Shown here in pieces: positions 19,257 through 28,790 of a stretch of DNA of 64,000 bases. Every line of letters starts with the position of its first letter. Positions within the stretch are counted from its first letter, which is position 1. The stretch is from Patescibacteria group bacterium. Its GTDB lineage: Bacteria > Patescibacteriota > Microgenomatia > UBA10105 > UBA927. Under the pieces are notes generated by a model, which was not told where the DNA came from, made no database searches, and worked only from the letters and a program-made list of their open reading frames with translations. The stretch covers positions 64,596 through 128,595 of the forward strand of contig DATKGN010000013.1 of the NCBI GenBank assembly GCA_035510735.1. Reading direction: 5' to 3'. The position numbers and the translations under genes are program-made.

Positions 19257-20017
19257 GATGTCCTTTTCTGCAGTTCCCAAAGCTTCGCGTACGTAATAAA
19301 CATGCTGAATGCCTGATAAATGCTTTCAATTAACCCGACCGTACCCGCTTTCCAGCCCCCCTGGCGGATAAACGAATCAAAAAAAGCGGTCATCATGACG
19401 CGAAGAAGTCTCCACCAGGAAATGAGTGGATGATGACTTTTAAACCGTAACTCTGCTTCTAAAGCAGACCATTTATTAGTTTTATCGACCATTTCCTCAA
19501 GCGTTCGGTGCGTTTTGTGAATAAAGCAATTGCGAAGCGTTGAAATTGGCCCATGAACGACCGCATGCTCATGCAGAACTCCGTCCCACTGCGAGAGGGC
19601 ATCGTTTCGGATCAAGCGAACCATACCATCCCTACTGGGCCACAACAAGCCGAGGTAATAATTCTGTCGGGGAATAAAATAAGCGCGTGAAGCATGCTCA
19701 CCAGTTATTTCGCTCATAATTTCTTCGCGAAGCGGCGGCGGGACCAATTCATCGGCGTCCACGTAAAGAAGCCATATACCATGCGCTGCTTTAGCACCGT
19801 TATTCCGAAGCAGCGAAAAGTTATTACTCCGTACATTTACAACTATAGCGCCGCATTTTTTTGCGATAAGCGCTGTTTCATCCGTTGAAGCGTTATCAAT
19901 AACAATGCACTCATCTGCCCATGAAAGGCTCTGTAAACACCCCTCCAAGCGTTTTGCTTCATTTCTGGCAATAACAATCGCACTAAGAAGTATTCTTCTT
20001 TTCATACTGTTTTCCAA
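19253..20017 (-). CDS. GT2 glycosyltransferase (WaaE/KdtX-like clade).
   Basis: 'LSAIVIARNEAKRLEGCLQSLSWADECIVIDNASTDET' is the signature. It is a paralog of 20912..21823. Confidence 0.7.
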   Translation of the reverse strand: MENSMKRRILLSAIVIARNEAKRLEGCLQSLSWADECIVIDNASTDETALIAKKCGAIVVNVRSNNFSLLRNNGAKAAHGIWLLYVDADELVPPPLREEIMSEITGEHASRAYFIPRQNYYLGLLWPSRDGMVRLIRNDALSQWDGVLHEHAVVHGPISTLRNCFIHKTHRTLEEMVDKTNKWSALEAELRFKSHHPLISWWRLLRVMMTAFFDSFIRQGGWKAGTVGLIESIYQAFSMFITYAKLWELQKRTS

Positions 20018-20915
20018 ACCTACCGGTTAAGGCATCAATAATAGCTTTCCGGCGTATAGGTGATTTACCGAATAGAAATTTGGTTCCTTCCCGAAGCAAT
20101 GCGACTTTTGTCCTCAAAGGAGCATACCGGAGGCCAAACAACAATCTATTCCGGGTAAAATAATACTCATGCAATGGGTTTCCCGGCCTCCCGGATGAAC
20201 CGGCATTCACATGCCAGACAATGGATGTAGGCGCATACAACGTCTTGTAACCGGCTTTTTGAATTCTGAGGCTCCAATCCAAATCTTCTAAATAAAGGTA
20301 ATACGCATCATCAAGCATACCGACCCTTCGTACAACGTCACTTCGAACCACGAAGGAGCAACCGGTGATAAATGGTGTTTCAATTGGGGCATCGTATTGA
20401 CCGTGATCGACTTCATCTACTCCTCGGTGTGATGCATACATATTATCCCAATCGACGAGCCCTCCCGCGTACCAAAAAACCCGTCCGCGCTCTTCTTTCG
20501 CATACCGGTCGTTGTGATACTCATGGCCAGGCGCGAAGTAAATTTTACTACCGCAGGCGCCAACCGTTGGGTCATCAAAAACGTTCAAAAATGATAAAAC
20601 GTCTTTGTCCACTTCCGTGTCGTTATTCAAAAGCCACACAAAATCTGCTTTATGTTCCAGGGCATGCTGGATGCCGACATTATTACCGCCGGTAAACCCT
20701 AAGTTCTTGCCTGTCGGAATTACCTGAACCCATGGAAATTTCGATTGAAAATAAACTACGGAATCATCCGATGATCCGTTATCAACAACAAGAATATGCA
20801 CGTCATGACCAAATTTGAATATTTTATGAAGAGAAATCAAACAGGTTTCAGTATCTTTTTTCCCGTTCCAATTTACAACAACAATATATATACATAAACC
20901 GGTTGCTTGTTTCAT
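19983..20915 (-). CDS. GT2 glycosyltransferase, rhamnosyltransferase-like.
   Basis: 'IVVVNWNGKKDTETCL...VVDNGSSDDS...GFTGGNN' is the signature. It is a paralog of 12699..13619. Confidence 0.75.
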   Translation of the reverse strand: MKQATGLCIYIVVVNWNGKKDTETCLISLHKIFKFGHDVHILVVDNGSSDDSVVYFQSKFPWVQVIPTGKNLGFTGGNNVGIQHALEHKADFVWLLNNDTEVDKDVLSFLNVFDDPTVGACGSKIYFAPGHEYHNDRYAKEERGRVFWYAGGLVDWDNMYASHRGVDEVDHGQYDAPIETPFITGCSFVVRSDVVRRVGMLDDAYYLYLEDLDWSLRIQKAGYKTLYAPTSIVWHVNAGSSGRPGNPLHEYYFTRNRLLFGLRYAPLRTKVALLREGTKFLFGKSPIRRKAIIDALTGRFGKQYEKKNTS

Positions 20916-21823
20916 GAGTGAAACCCAATTAATTTTCTCTCAAATTTTCCTTTTATTTTTTTTAACACATTTTTTGATTCCCCGATGGTCATCGTCAAAA
21001 TCCAATATCTTGCTTCTTTTCCTCTCTGAGTAAGTTCACTCTCAATGGCTTTCGGTGTTATATCGCGATCAGGAAACCCCTGCATTTCCCAATATTTTGC
21101 AAAAACGGCAAAAGAATAAAAAGCCTGGAATAATGCAAGAACCAATCCGTGTAGGCCATCTTTAAACCCACCTTCCGCGAAGTAAATCTTTAGAAAATCC
21201 GATAACGGAAACCGGATTGCGTCATACCAAACGAACTGATGATTCATTTCTTTCAGTGTTAACGCTTCACTTGTCGATGCGCGGTCAATTTTTGTCAAAT
21301 ATTGATGCACCGACTCATAATTATGGTGGACATACGGCAGTGTTAATTCGCCCACCTGACCGTCAACAGCTATATATTCGTGAATGTGAATACACGGAAA
21401 TTTCCCAGCTCCCCGCCTAAATAAACGGATTTGCTTATCCGGCCACCACAACCCATGAGTAATCCACTTGCCGAATGAATAGTTTTTGCGTTTAATCCAG
21501 AATCCATTCTCTTTCGGATTATTTCTTACAACCGATTGAATTTCCTTGGCAAGATCAGGCGGAATCTCTTCATCCGCATCCAAATTGAGAATCCAGTCGC
21601 TTTTTACCTTTGTAAAGCCATAATTTTTATTACTATTCAACATTAACTCGTTAGGACGAGTAAAAACTGATTTAGTAAATTTATGGGCTATTTCAGGAGT
21701 TTTATCTGATGAGGTATTATCGACAACAATTATTTCATCGGCAAACGATACCGAGGTTAGACACCTTGAGAGCGTTCTTTCTTCATTAAATGCCGATACA
21801 ACAACCGAAATAGTTTGTTTCAT
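20912..21823 (-). CDS. GT2 glycosyltransferase (WaaE/KdtX-like clade).
   Basis: 'ISVVVSAFNEERTLSRCLTSVSFADEIIVVDNTSSDKT' is the signature. A 4-nt overlap links it to the downstream GT2. Confidence 0.7.
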   Translation of the reverse strand: MKQTISVVVSAFNEERTLSRCLTSVSFADEIIVVDNTSSDKTPEIAHKFTKSVFTRPNELMLNSNKNYGFTKVKSDWILNLDADEEIPPDLAKEIQSVVRNNPKENGFWIKRKNYSFGKWITHGLWWPDKQIRLFRRGAGKFPCIHIHEYIAVDGQVGELTLPYVHHNYESVHQYLTKIDRASTSEALTLKEMNHQFVWYDAIRFPLSDFLKIYFAEGGFKDGLHGLVLALFQAFYSFAVFAKYWEMQGFPDRDITPKAIESELTQRGKEARYWILTMTIGESKNVLKKIKGKFERKLIGFHS

Positions 21824-21826
21824 ACG

Positions 21827-23272
21827 CTACCGGGATATATGGATAATATCGAGAATCCGTTCTTTCTGCTTCACCCAAACCACACCTCCGTACAGTATAA
21901 CACCCGCTCCGGCGACGATAACTAACCGCGGTATGCTGTATGGCATGCTGCCGCGGGCCACGTAGTACAAGGCGCCCTGCAATAGACCTGCCAATACAGG
22001 CCATTTGATATATTCGACAAATGAGAAAGCTGCAAAACGCTGGGTAATCTTAACAACGATAAAAATCGTAAGAGATTGGATTAAGAGCCCGACGGCAAAC
22101 CCGTTAAATCCGATGAAGTGAATCAGTGTTATTGTCAAAATCCACGTTGCAACCGTCCAAAAAATCATAAGCATCATCGTGATTTTAATTTGCCCGACGG
22201 CATTAAGCGCATTAGTGAGAGGGGTCGAAAGCCCGGCGATTATCGCTGAGATAACGAAGATGAAAAATGAAACGAGCGCCGGCTCCCATTTCCCATATTT
22301 TGGTATAAGGAAAACCGCAGGTTGAACGAAAAATAGCAAGCCAACTGAAATGGGAATTATCGTAGTCGCGAGACCAAAAAGAGTTTTTTCAATCGCTTTT
22401 CCGAGCATTTCTTTTGAATGCTGAAGTCGGGAAAATGCTGGAAACGTGACTTGTATAACACTATCCATGATGAGCCGAAGCGGAACTTCGGCCCATTTTT
22501 TCGCCCACCCGATATATCCGACCTGGGCAAACGGCAATATTTTCCCTAAAAATACGGTCATAAGATCATCTTTAAGGAGAGCCAAAAACGAATTCATTTG
22601 GAATGGGATGCCGAACCTCAGGAGTTTTTTCGCAACCGGCTTTGATATTCCGAACTGAATCCGCCACGGTGAAATAATGTAGATAACGATTAATCCTACT
22701 ACCGCTCTCACACAAACCGCCCACGTAAAACTTGTGATACCAAAACCTTTCCAGGCCATGATGACTGCGACGAGGTAAAATCCTATTGTCTCTACAATTT
22801 GCGGAATGACGAGTTTTTTAAATTCTAGGTTGCGTTCAAGAAGAATTGACGGTATTGTTTTAAGTGAAGAGATAAAAAACGACACGACGAGTGCGCGTAA
22901 GAGCATAACACCGGCAGCATCTAGTTTATAAAAAGCTGCAACGAGCGGTGCGACCGCAAACGTAATGATGCTTATAGGGAACACAAGCAATTGCTGGATC
23001 GTGAATGTTGTCGACAGATCTTCCGGCGTGAGGGGTTCCTTTTTTTGAATGAGCGCAGCAGCGAGCCCGATATCGGCAAAATATTGCAAAAAATTAATGA
23101 TCGCGGAAACCACATAAAAAATCCCGAATATGGTGGGCGTCAGGAAAATAGTCAGAAGGAGTGTCGCGCCGAAAGCGATGAGCTGTAACAAAAATGTTTG
23201 AGAAGTCAGCGCTACGATCCCCGACAGCGATTTCTTTTTGATGAGTGCGATATCAATTTCTTCCATAATCAT
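21827..23272 (-). CDS. wzx: Wzx-type oligosaccharide/polysaccharide flippase (MOP superfamily).
   Basis: 481 aa with about 12-14 TM segments. The N-terminus reads 'LSGIVALTSQTFLLQLIAFGATLLL...IFGIFYVVSAIINFLQYFADIGLAAALIQKKE', typical of the polysaccharide biosynthesis protein family. Confidence 0.65.
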   Translation of the reverse strand: MIMEEIDIALIKKKSLSGIVALTSQTFLLQLIAFGATLLLTIFLTPTIFGIFYVVSAIINFLQYFADIGLAAALIQKKEPLTPEDLSTTFTIQQLLVFPISIITFAVAPLVAAFYKLDAAGVMLLRALVVSFFISSLKTIPSILLERNLEFKKLVIPQIVETIGFYLVAVIMAWKGFGITSFTWAVCVRAVVGLIVIYIISPWRIQFGISKPVAKKLLRFGIPFQMNSFLALLKDDLMTVFLGKILPFAQVGYIGWAKKWAEVPLRLIMDSVIQVTFPAFSRLQHSKEMLGKAIEKTLFGLATTIIPISVGLLFFVQPAVFLIPKYGKWEPALVSFFIFVISAIIAGLSTPLTNALNAVGQIKITMMLMIFWTVATWILTITLIHFIGFNGFAVGLLIQSLTIFIVVKITQRFAAFSFVEYIKWPVLAGLLQGALYYVARGSMPYSIPRLVIVAGAGVILYGGVVWVKQKERILDIIHISR

Positions 23273-24002
23273 ATATCATTCTCTTCCATGGTCTGATAAC
23301 CAATAATCGCCATAAACCCTCCAAATCCCCCTGAGCCGTTTTTACAACCCGCACGGTTGAACCCGGGTTGTCGATCCACGTCACTCCCTCTTCATAAATG
23401 CGAAATCCCAGCTTTTCAGAAAGAATCAATAATTCAGTATCAAAAAACCATGCATTATCCTCGGTATACGGTAAAATCTTTTTTGCACAACGGTCAGTAA
23501 TCGCCTTAAAACCGCACTGGGCATCGCTAAATTTGACCCAAAAAAACAGTTTAATAAGAGAAATATACACTTTTGAGGTCAGTGTCCGTAGCCAATTTCT
23601 ACCGTACACGCGGGAGGCTCTCGCGTTCCTTGTCCCGATAGCAAGATCATATCCACGAAGCAGTGAACGAACAAGAGGCGGAAAGTGCTTGAGATCTGTT
23701 GAGAGATCAACATCCATATAACAATGGATATCGGCATCGGTGTGAAGCCAGGCGTATTTTACTGCACGTCCCCTGCCTTTTTGTTTCAGATGGACTGCGT
23801 GCACTTGCCGGAATCGTTTTGATAGTATTTTAGCAATAGCAAGCGTTTGATCCGTCGACGCGTTATCTGCGATGGTAATACTCCATTCAAAATCCATTAA
23901 ATATGATTGCAGATAGCGGATAAGCGTCTCCACGTGATCCGCTAATTCAACTTCTTCATTAAAAACAGGTATGACGATATCAAGTTTTGGTTTTTTTCCC
24001 AT
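23253..24002 (-). CDS. GT2 polyprenol-phosphate sugar synthase-like (Dpm1/GtrB-like), short form.
   Basis: 'LDIVIPVFNEEVEL...ITIADNASTDQTLAIAK...QKGRGRAVKYAW' is the signature. It is 249 aa with no C-terminal TM. Confidence 0.6.
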   Translation of the reverse strand: MGKKPKLDIVIPVFNEEVELADHVETLIRYLQSYLMDFEWSITIADNASTDQTLAIAKILSKRFRQVHAVHLKQKGRGRAVKYAWLHTDADIHCYMDVDLSTDLKHFPPLVRSLLRGYDLAIGTRNARASRVYGRNWLRTLTSKVYISLIKLFFWVKFSDAQCGFKAITDRCAKKILPYTEDNAWFFDTELLILSEKLGFRIYEEGVTWIDNPGSTVRVVKTAQGDLEGLWRLLVIRPWKRMIYDYGRN

Positions 24003-25656
24003 ATGTGAGAACTCCTCCGACTAAAACGAATGAAATAACACTCAACACATTTCCGACAATGCGGATGGGAGTATTGGTAAGACTCGCTTCAAATGTCGAT
24101 TTACCCTTCGATAGTACCATGCGGGGCTCGCCCTGAACAATGGTAGGACGAACGAGGAGACCGTTTATTTTATAAATCCATCCGGGGAATACGGCCTTCT
24201 GAAAAACTGTCTGTTGGTCAATGTTACTTTCAAGAATAGCTTTATAGTTGGTATCGGAATCGGTAATTTCGGTAACTCTAAGATTTTCATTGCCTATAAT
24301 TGGCGCTGTTATAATCTCTGATGCACTTATCGGTTTTTTAATTCCCGGCGGCAAATATTCATCAGATATCTTGGAAATTCGAAAACGAAGTTCGTCCGTT
24401 GTCTCAAACGCTTTTGAATCCTGCGCATACAGGTATTGCGGCGCGAATAATTTTGCATTCATAAATAGACAAATACCGACCACCACGATCGCAAGTAATA
24501 TCTGATGCGTACGTTGCTGTATCGTTGAAATGAAAAAACTTGCTGATATGCCCATGGCGAGCATTACAAAGGCTAATAGACGCCACGGGTATTGAATAAA
24601 CGACACAAAAGGCACTATCAACCATAATGATTTCGAAACATCAATCATTCCTACAACAGATAATACGAAAAGAATTACTCCAATCGTTGCCATCGCCGTA
24701 ATGGTCGACTTCTTTTTATTCTTTAGTGAAACTACCCACATCAAAGCGGCTATCATCGTCACTATTAACTGGAGTTTACCGAGCTTAAATGACATGCCGT
24801 CGACGCACCCGGGCGCTGAACCCGCATAACCCCACGGGGAATCCCATAACTGCAACGGACATACAAAATGATCGAAAAAATTCGTTGGCGCGCGCGAAAT
24901 CATAGATGACACGGATGTCGATCCCATTTCAACAAAAGCGGGAAGCCAAAAAAATGCGCTAAGCCCGAAGCCTAGTAAAACCGACATGAATAAATGCATC
25001 ATTAACTGCGCATCAAAAGACTTTCGGATGAATGCGTAGAGTGAATATAAAAGAATGCCTCCGATAACTAATCCTGAAGTTAAAAATCCCAAAATTGTGT
25101 GTGAGACAATGACACACGCAAACCCGATGCCACCTACAACAATCCCTATAGATGTTTTTTTCTTTACGATAAGGGAAAATCCCCAGAGTATGAGTGGAGC
25201 AAATGCTATTGCCCAATATTCCCCAACAGCCCCTCTGATATACACCTGAACGGCATGATAGGGTGCGTAAGAGAAAAGCAACGTGCCGACGATAGCGCTG
25301 ATTGTACCGAAAATATAATCAGCAAAAAAATAAAAAAATACAACGGCGAGGAGGATGCCTGCGGCAAACATAGTTTTTGTCGCTACAATGCTGTCTACCC
25401 CAAACGCATGGAGTGTACCTCCGAAATAGTAAGGGAGCGGGGCATAAAAGTTGTATAAGGGATATCCGTAACCGTATCCGAGGTCTGAAACCCATCGCAC
25501 AGGAAATTGTCCCTCACGAAGCGCCCTTCCCATTACAACAACGCGCGCAACCTGTGTATCATCATGCATGGGAAAATATCCTGGTCCGACCAGTGGTTTA
25601 ATGAGAAACCAAGACAAAAGCAACACAACGATGAATCCTATCAATGTAAATTTCAT
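23980..25656 (-). CDS. Polytopic membrane protein, GT-C-like, with a conserved 'FPMHDDTQVARV...LREGQFPVRWVSDLGYGYGYP' N-terminal loop. Possibly PF10131 PTPS-related-type; family assignment is low confidence. Paralog 1.
   Basis: 558 aa and multi-TM. The N-terminal loop motif is shared with the adjacent paralog. Confidence 0.55.
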   Translation of the reverse strand: MKFTLIGFIVVLLLSWFLIKPLVGPGYFPMHDDTQVARVVVMGRALREGQFPVRWVSDLGYGYGYPLYNFYAPLPYYFGGTLHAFGVDSIVATKTMFAAGILLAVVFFYFFADYIFGTISAIVGTLLFSYAPYHAVQVYIRGAVGEYWAIAFAPLILWGFSLIVKKKTSIGIVVGGIGFACVIVSHTILGFLTSGLVIGGILLYSLYAFIRKSFDAQLMMHLFMSVLLGFGLSAFFWLPAFVEMGSTSVSSMISRAPTNFFDHFVCPLQLWDSPWGYAGSAPGCVDGMSFKLGKLQLIVTMIAALMWVVSLKNKKKSTITAMATIGVILFVLSVVGMIDVSKSLWLIVPFVSFIQYPWRLLAFVMLAMGISASFFISTIQQRTHQILLAIVVVGICLFMNAKLFAPQYLYAQDSKAFETTDELRFRISKISDEYLPPGIKKPISASEIITAPIIGNENLRVTEITDSDTNYKAILESNIDQQTVFQKAVFPGWIYKINGLLVRPTIVQGEPRMVLSKGKSTFEASLTNTPIRIVGNVLSVISFVLVGGVLTYGKKTKT

Positions 25657-27224
25657 GAACTCTTTTTTGTCTTCTTAACGGTCTTTTGAGCAATCTTTTT
25701 CTTACGTTTCAAATATAAAATCGACACAATAACAAAAATGATACTGATAACAAGCGAACACATATCTGCAATAAATCTCGATATTGTTTCCCGAAAACTT
25801 GCGATAACATGATGAACGCCTGCCGGAATAGTTACACGGATAAGGCCTAAGTCATTTTTATAATCAATTGTTGCTAATTCTCCGTCAACACTGACTCCCC
25901 ACCCGGGGTAATACATCGTGTTTATCTGAAGAATGCTCTCATCCTTCGCATCAACGACAACATCGATATTTTCCGTCGTCACCTGGTTCTCCCGAATGTT
26001 GCCTGACCCCTTCAATATCTCTAATCTGGTTTCTGCGCGATTTATCGGCGATACGGTTACCCATTTGGGCATATACTCGTCGTGAACGGTCGTTGTGGCT
26101 TCATTCGTCGAATAATACGTATCGGGATGATATTCGTAGCTAATTCCCCTGTAGATACTGTTCAGATGCAGTGTCCATAGAAGAATAAGGGCAATACTGG
26201 CAGGAAGTAAAAATTTTTTCAAAGAATCAAGATACAATGCAGTTAACCACGCCATTGTGAACAGAGAAAGTGACAATAACCTGAACGGAAATTGAAATAA
26301 TACACCAAGAAGCTTAGTATGCCACAGAAATGAGGTCAACGAGGTGGCCATAACCATAGAGAAAATACCTATCAACAGCATATACGTAAGCAATTGATGT
26401 TTCGTACGGCGGATCAACAAAATGGCGGAAACAATAATACCGCTTATTCCGAGAAGCCAAATATTGGTATTTTTAATAAAGTAATCAAACGGATTTGATA
26501 TAATCGACCGTTCAAATACAATATATTTTTGTTCGTACAATGCGGGCATCCAGAAAAAAGAAGCCATTCCGATACCGAACACCAACCAAATGAAGTACTC
26601 TCGCGCCACTTTACGGACCAACAAATACCCGCAGTAAAACCCTATACACAGGACTGCAAGCGAATTATGGGCAAGAATAAGAAGCCCGACAGAAAGAGAA
26701 AACAGCCAAGGCTGACCCAATTCAATGCTATATAGCCCCATCCCAGCCACACTGAAGGCAAGTAATTCTCCGACAGATCCCCGAGAGTAAAGGTCAAATA
26801 ACAAATACGGCCCTGTCATGAAAGAAAGGGCTCCGAAAAGACTCGACGTCGTTTTAAAAAACTTCCGTAACCACAGGTAGATCCAAATGCCGCCGGATAC
26901 TAGAGACACGCCAAGGATTATTTTCACCGTCGTTACGAACGAAAAGCCGGCAATATGTATGAGGGAACCAATATAAAGAAATCCGGGGTATAGAAAATTA
27001 GCGACGGGATATCCGTAACTATGATTCAGTCTTCCTAAAAAACGAACGGGAAACTGCCCCTCACGGAAGCTTTGATAGAACGCGCTTAACCTAATGATCA
27101 TCCAACTGCCGTCATCGGTCACTATGAATCCGCGATGAAATAACGGCAGAAGAAGCATGAGCCCTACAAATATGATCACAACAAATGGAAAGAGCTTTTT
27201 GAAAGTAAGGCTCATAAATAACAA
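25653..27224 (-). CDS. Polytopic membrane protein, the same family as 23980..25656. Paralog 2, a tandem duplicate.
   Basis: The N-terminal loop reads 'FIVTDDGSWMIIRLSAFYQSFREGQFPVRFLGRLNHSYGYP'. A 4-nt overlap links it to paralog 1. Confidence 0.55.
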   Translation of the reverse strand: MLFMSLTFKKLFPFVVIIFVGLMLLLPLFHRGFIVTDDGSWMIIRLSAFYQSFREGQFPVRFLGRLNHSYGYPVANFLYPGFLYIGSLIHIAGFSFVTTVKIILGVSLVSGGIWIYLWLRKFFKTTSSLFGALSFMTGPYLLFDLYSRGSVGELLAFSVAGMGLYSIELGQPWLFSLSVGLLILAHNSLAVLCIGFYCGYLLVRKVAREYFIWLVFGIGMASFFWMPALYEQKYIVFERSIISNPFDYFIKNTNIWLLGISGIIVSAILLIRRTKHQLLTYMLLIGIFSMVMATSLTSFLWHTKLLGVLFQFPFRLLSLSLFTMAWLTALYLDSLKKFLLPASIALILLWTLHLNSIYRGISYEYHPDTYYSTNEATTTVHDEYMPKWVTVSPINRAETRLEILKGSGNIRENQVTTENIDVVVDAKDESILQINTMYYPGWGVSVDGELATIDYKNDLGLIRVTIPAGVHHVIASFRETISRFIADMCSLVISIIFVIVSILYLKRKKKIAQKTVKKTKKSS

Positions 27225-27233
27225 TGAATCGGT

Positions 27234-28751
27234 CTATTTTTTAATGAGTGCAGGATTTATTTGATATAATCTCATTTTTGTCGCAGAATTCGTACCTTTT
27301 TGATAAGCGGAAATAAACGAAATCGGCCAGTCCGGTATTATCTGCAGTTGATTAAATACCATATATGTCGGGTGGATTGCTGCATCTTTTACCATCGCGT
27401 CAGGGATAATCTGAGGAATCGGCCAGATGCTCTTAATGGTCACATTATGGTTGTCAAGCTGGTACATCTCAAATGCATACGGAAGAAGGCCGAATGTGCC
27501 ATCGGTATAGATGGTTATTTTAGAGTTTTTGGAATGTTCGGTGATAAATGCATTAACTTCCCGCACTCCCCAACCGGCCGGCCAATCGTTGAGAAGCTGA
27601 CCGCTATCAGCCTTGGGGATGGGAGCTTTCAACGGATTAGTTAGAATATAATAATCGGTCCAAATACTCGCACCAAATACAACGACGCATAAAAGTAGCA
27701 TAATTATCTTTTGCGGTATCTTTTTCCCCAATTCAATTAAACCGATTGACACTAATACGAGAAGTGGCATTGCCATAAACAAAATAAATCTTGGATAAAG
27801 AACCCGGCCAAATAACGCTAAAGCCACGATCGGAGCGTAACACCAACCATATAGTAAAATTTTTTCTTTCGTTAATTTCCGGAAAAAAACAATCGGAAGA
27901 AAAGATGTGATAAAAACCGGAATAGTTAAATAATGAATGAGCCAGTCCAAAAGCCCATGCATGTTACCTTGAAGAAAGTTAAACGGATGAGACAGCCACT
28001 CCTTAAATGAATAGACAAATACCGCATCCTTTGCAGTAACCATATTAAAGAGCGGCGACAGCCTCAAAACGCTGTACATTACCTCAGACAGGAATGCTGA
28101 AAGCAGAACCAAGCCTATCCATTGCAGTAATCGCGACATTATTTTTTTCTTTTTCCAGTCAAAAAGAAGGAGCGTCCCGGGAAGCATATATAAGCTCAAA
28201 AAACCGGATGATTTGTTGAGCATCCCCATGCCGAGTGTCATACCCAAAATAAGGGCGACATCAAGCCGCACATAGCGGACGAGGAGGATAGCCATATACA
28301 GATTCCAGATGGAGAACGCCGCAACAAGCGAATCATAGAGCGCTAACCGGTCATACATGAGCGTAAACGGACACACGAGATAGATGAAGCTGGTCAAAAA
28401 ACTCACCCGTTTACTATGAGTGACCTCAAAGCTCAGGAACCAAATTCCTACCATGCTCAATAATCCGGCGCCTACAGAAACCAGCCTGCCTGCTGTTAAC
28501 GGATCCTTAATAAACCGTAAAACAACCATCATAATCCATGTAAACATCGGCTGTTTGCCGTCAACGAGTGAGATGAACCGCCAACTGGCGTCCCTACTCC
28601 CGATCTGCGACCAGCGGATATAAATAGCCTCATCGGTAAATATAGGCAAAAGGGTTAAATGATAAAGGCGCGTCACAAAATACGCACCTAATAGTAGAAG
28701 CACGAACAGGCCGCCAAGTGTCCAGGTTCTTTTCCTCATCCCCATATTCAA
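27234..28751 (-). CDS. ArnT/PMT-like (GT39/GT83-type) membrane glycosyltransferase, paralog 3.
   Basis: 'RLYHLTLLPIFTDEAIYIRWSQIG' is a DE-motif first periplasmic loop. The protein is 505 aa and polytopic. Confidence 0.55.
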   Translation of the reverse strand: MNMGMRKRTWTLGGLFVLLLLGAYFVTRLYHLTLLPIFTDEAIYIRWSQIGSRDASWRFISLVDGKQPMFTWIMMVVLRFIKDPLTAGRLVSVGAGLLSMVGIWFLSFEVTHSKRVSFLTSFIYLVCPFTLMYDRLALYDSLVAAFSIWNLYMAILLVRYVRLDVALILGMTLGMGMLNKSSGFLSLYMLPGTLLLFDWKKKKIMSRLLQWIGLVLLSAFLSEVMYSVLRLSPLFNMVTAKDAVFVYSFKEWLSHPFNFLQGNMHGLLDWLIHYLTIPVFITSFLPIVFFRKLTKEKILLYGWCYAPIVALALFGRVLYPRFILFMAMPLLVLVSIGLIELGKKIPQKIIMLLLCVVVFGASIWTDYYILTNPLKAPIPKADSGQLLNDWPAGWGVREVNAFITEHSKNSKITIYTDGTFGLLPYAFEMYQLDNHNVTIKSIWPIPQIIPDAMVKDAAIHPTYMVFNQLQIIPDWPISFISAYQKGTNSATKMRLYQINPALIKK

Positions 28752-28790
28752 ATTATACCTGAAATGGAGAATTCAGATCAAATTAGCAGC

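Noticed and set aside
3447-25689. Numerous 60-135-aa ORFs on the strand opposite the large membrane-protein genes (e.g. 3447..3641, 5227..5565, 6127..6534, 11371..11745, 16023..16335, 25255..25689).
   Set aside because: Every one lies within a long, well-supported gene on the other strand. They lack start context and have low-complexity or Arg-rich translations typical of antisense frames.
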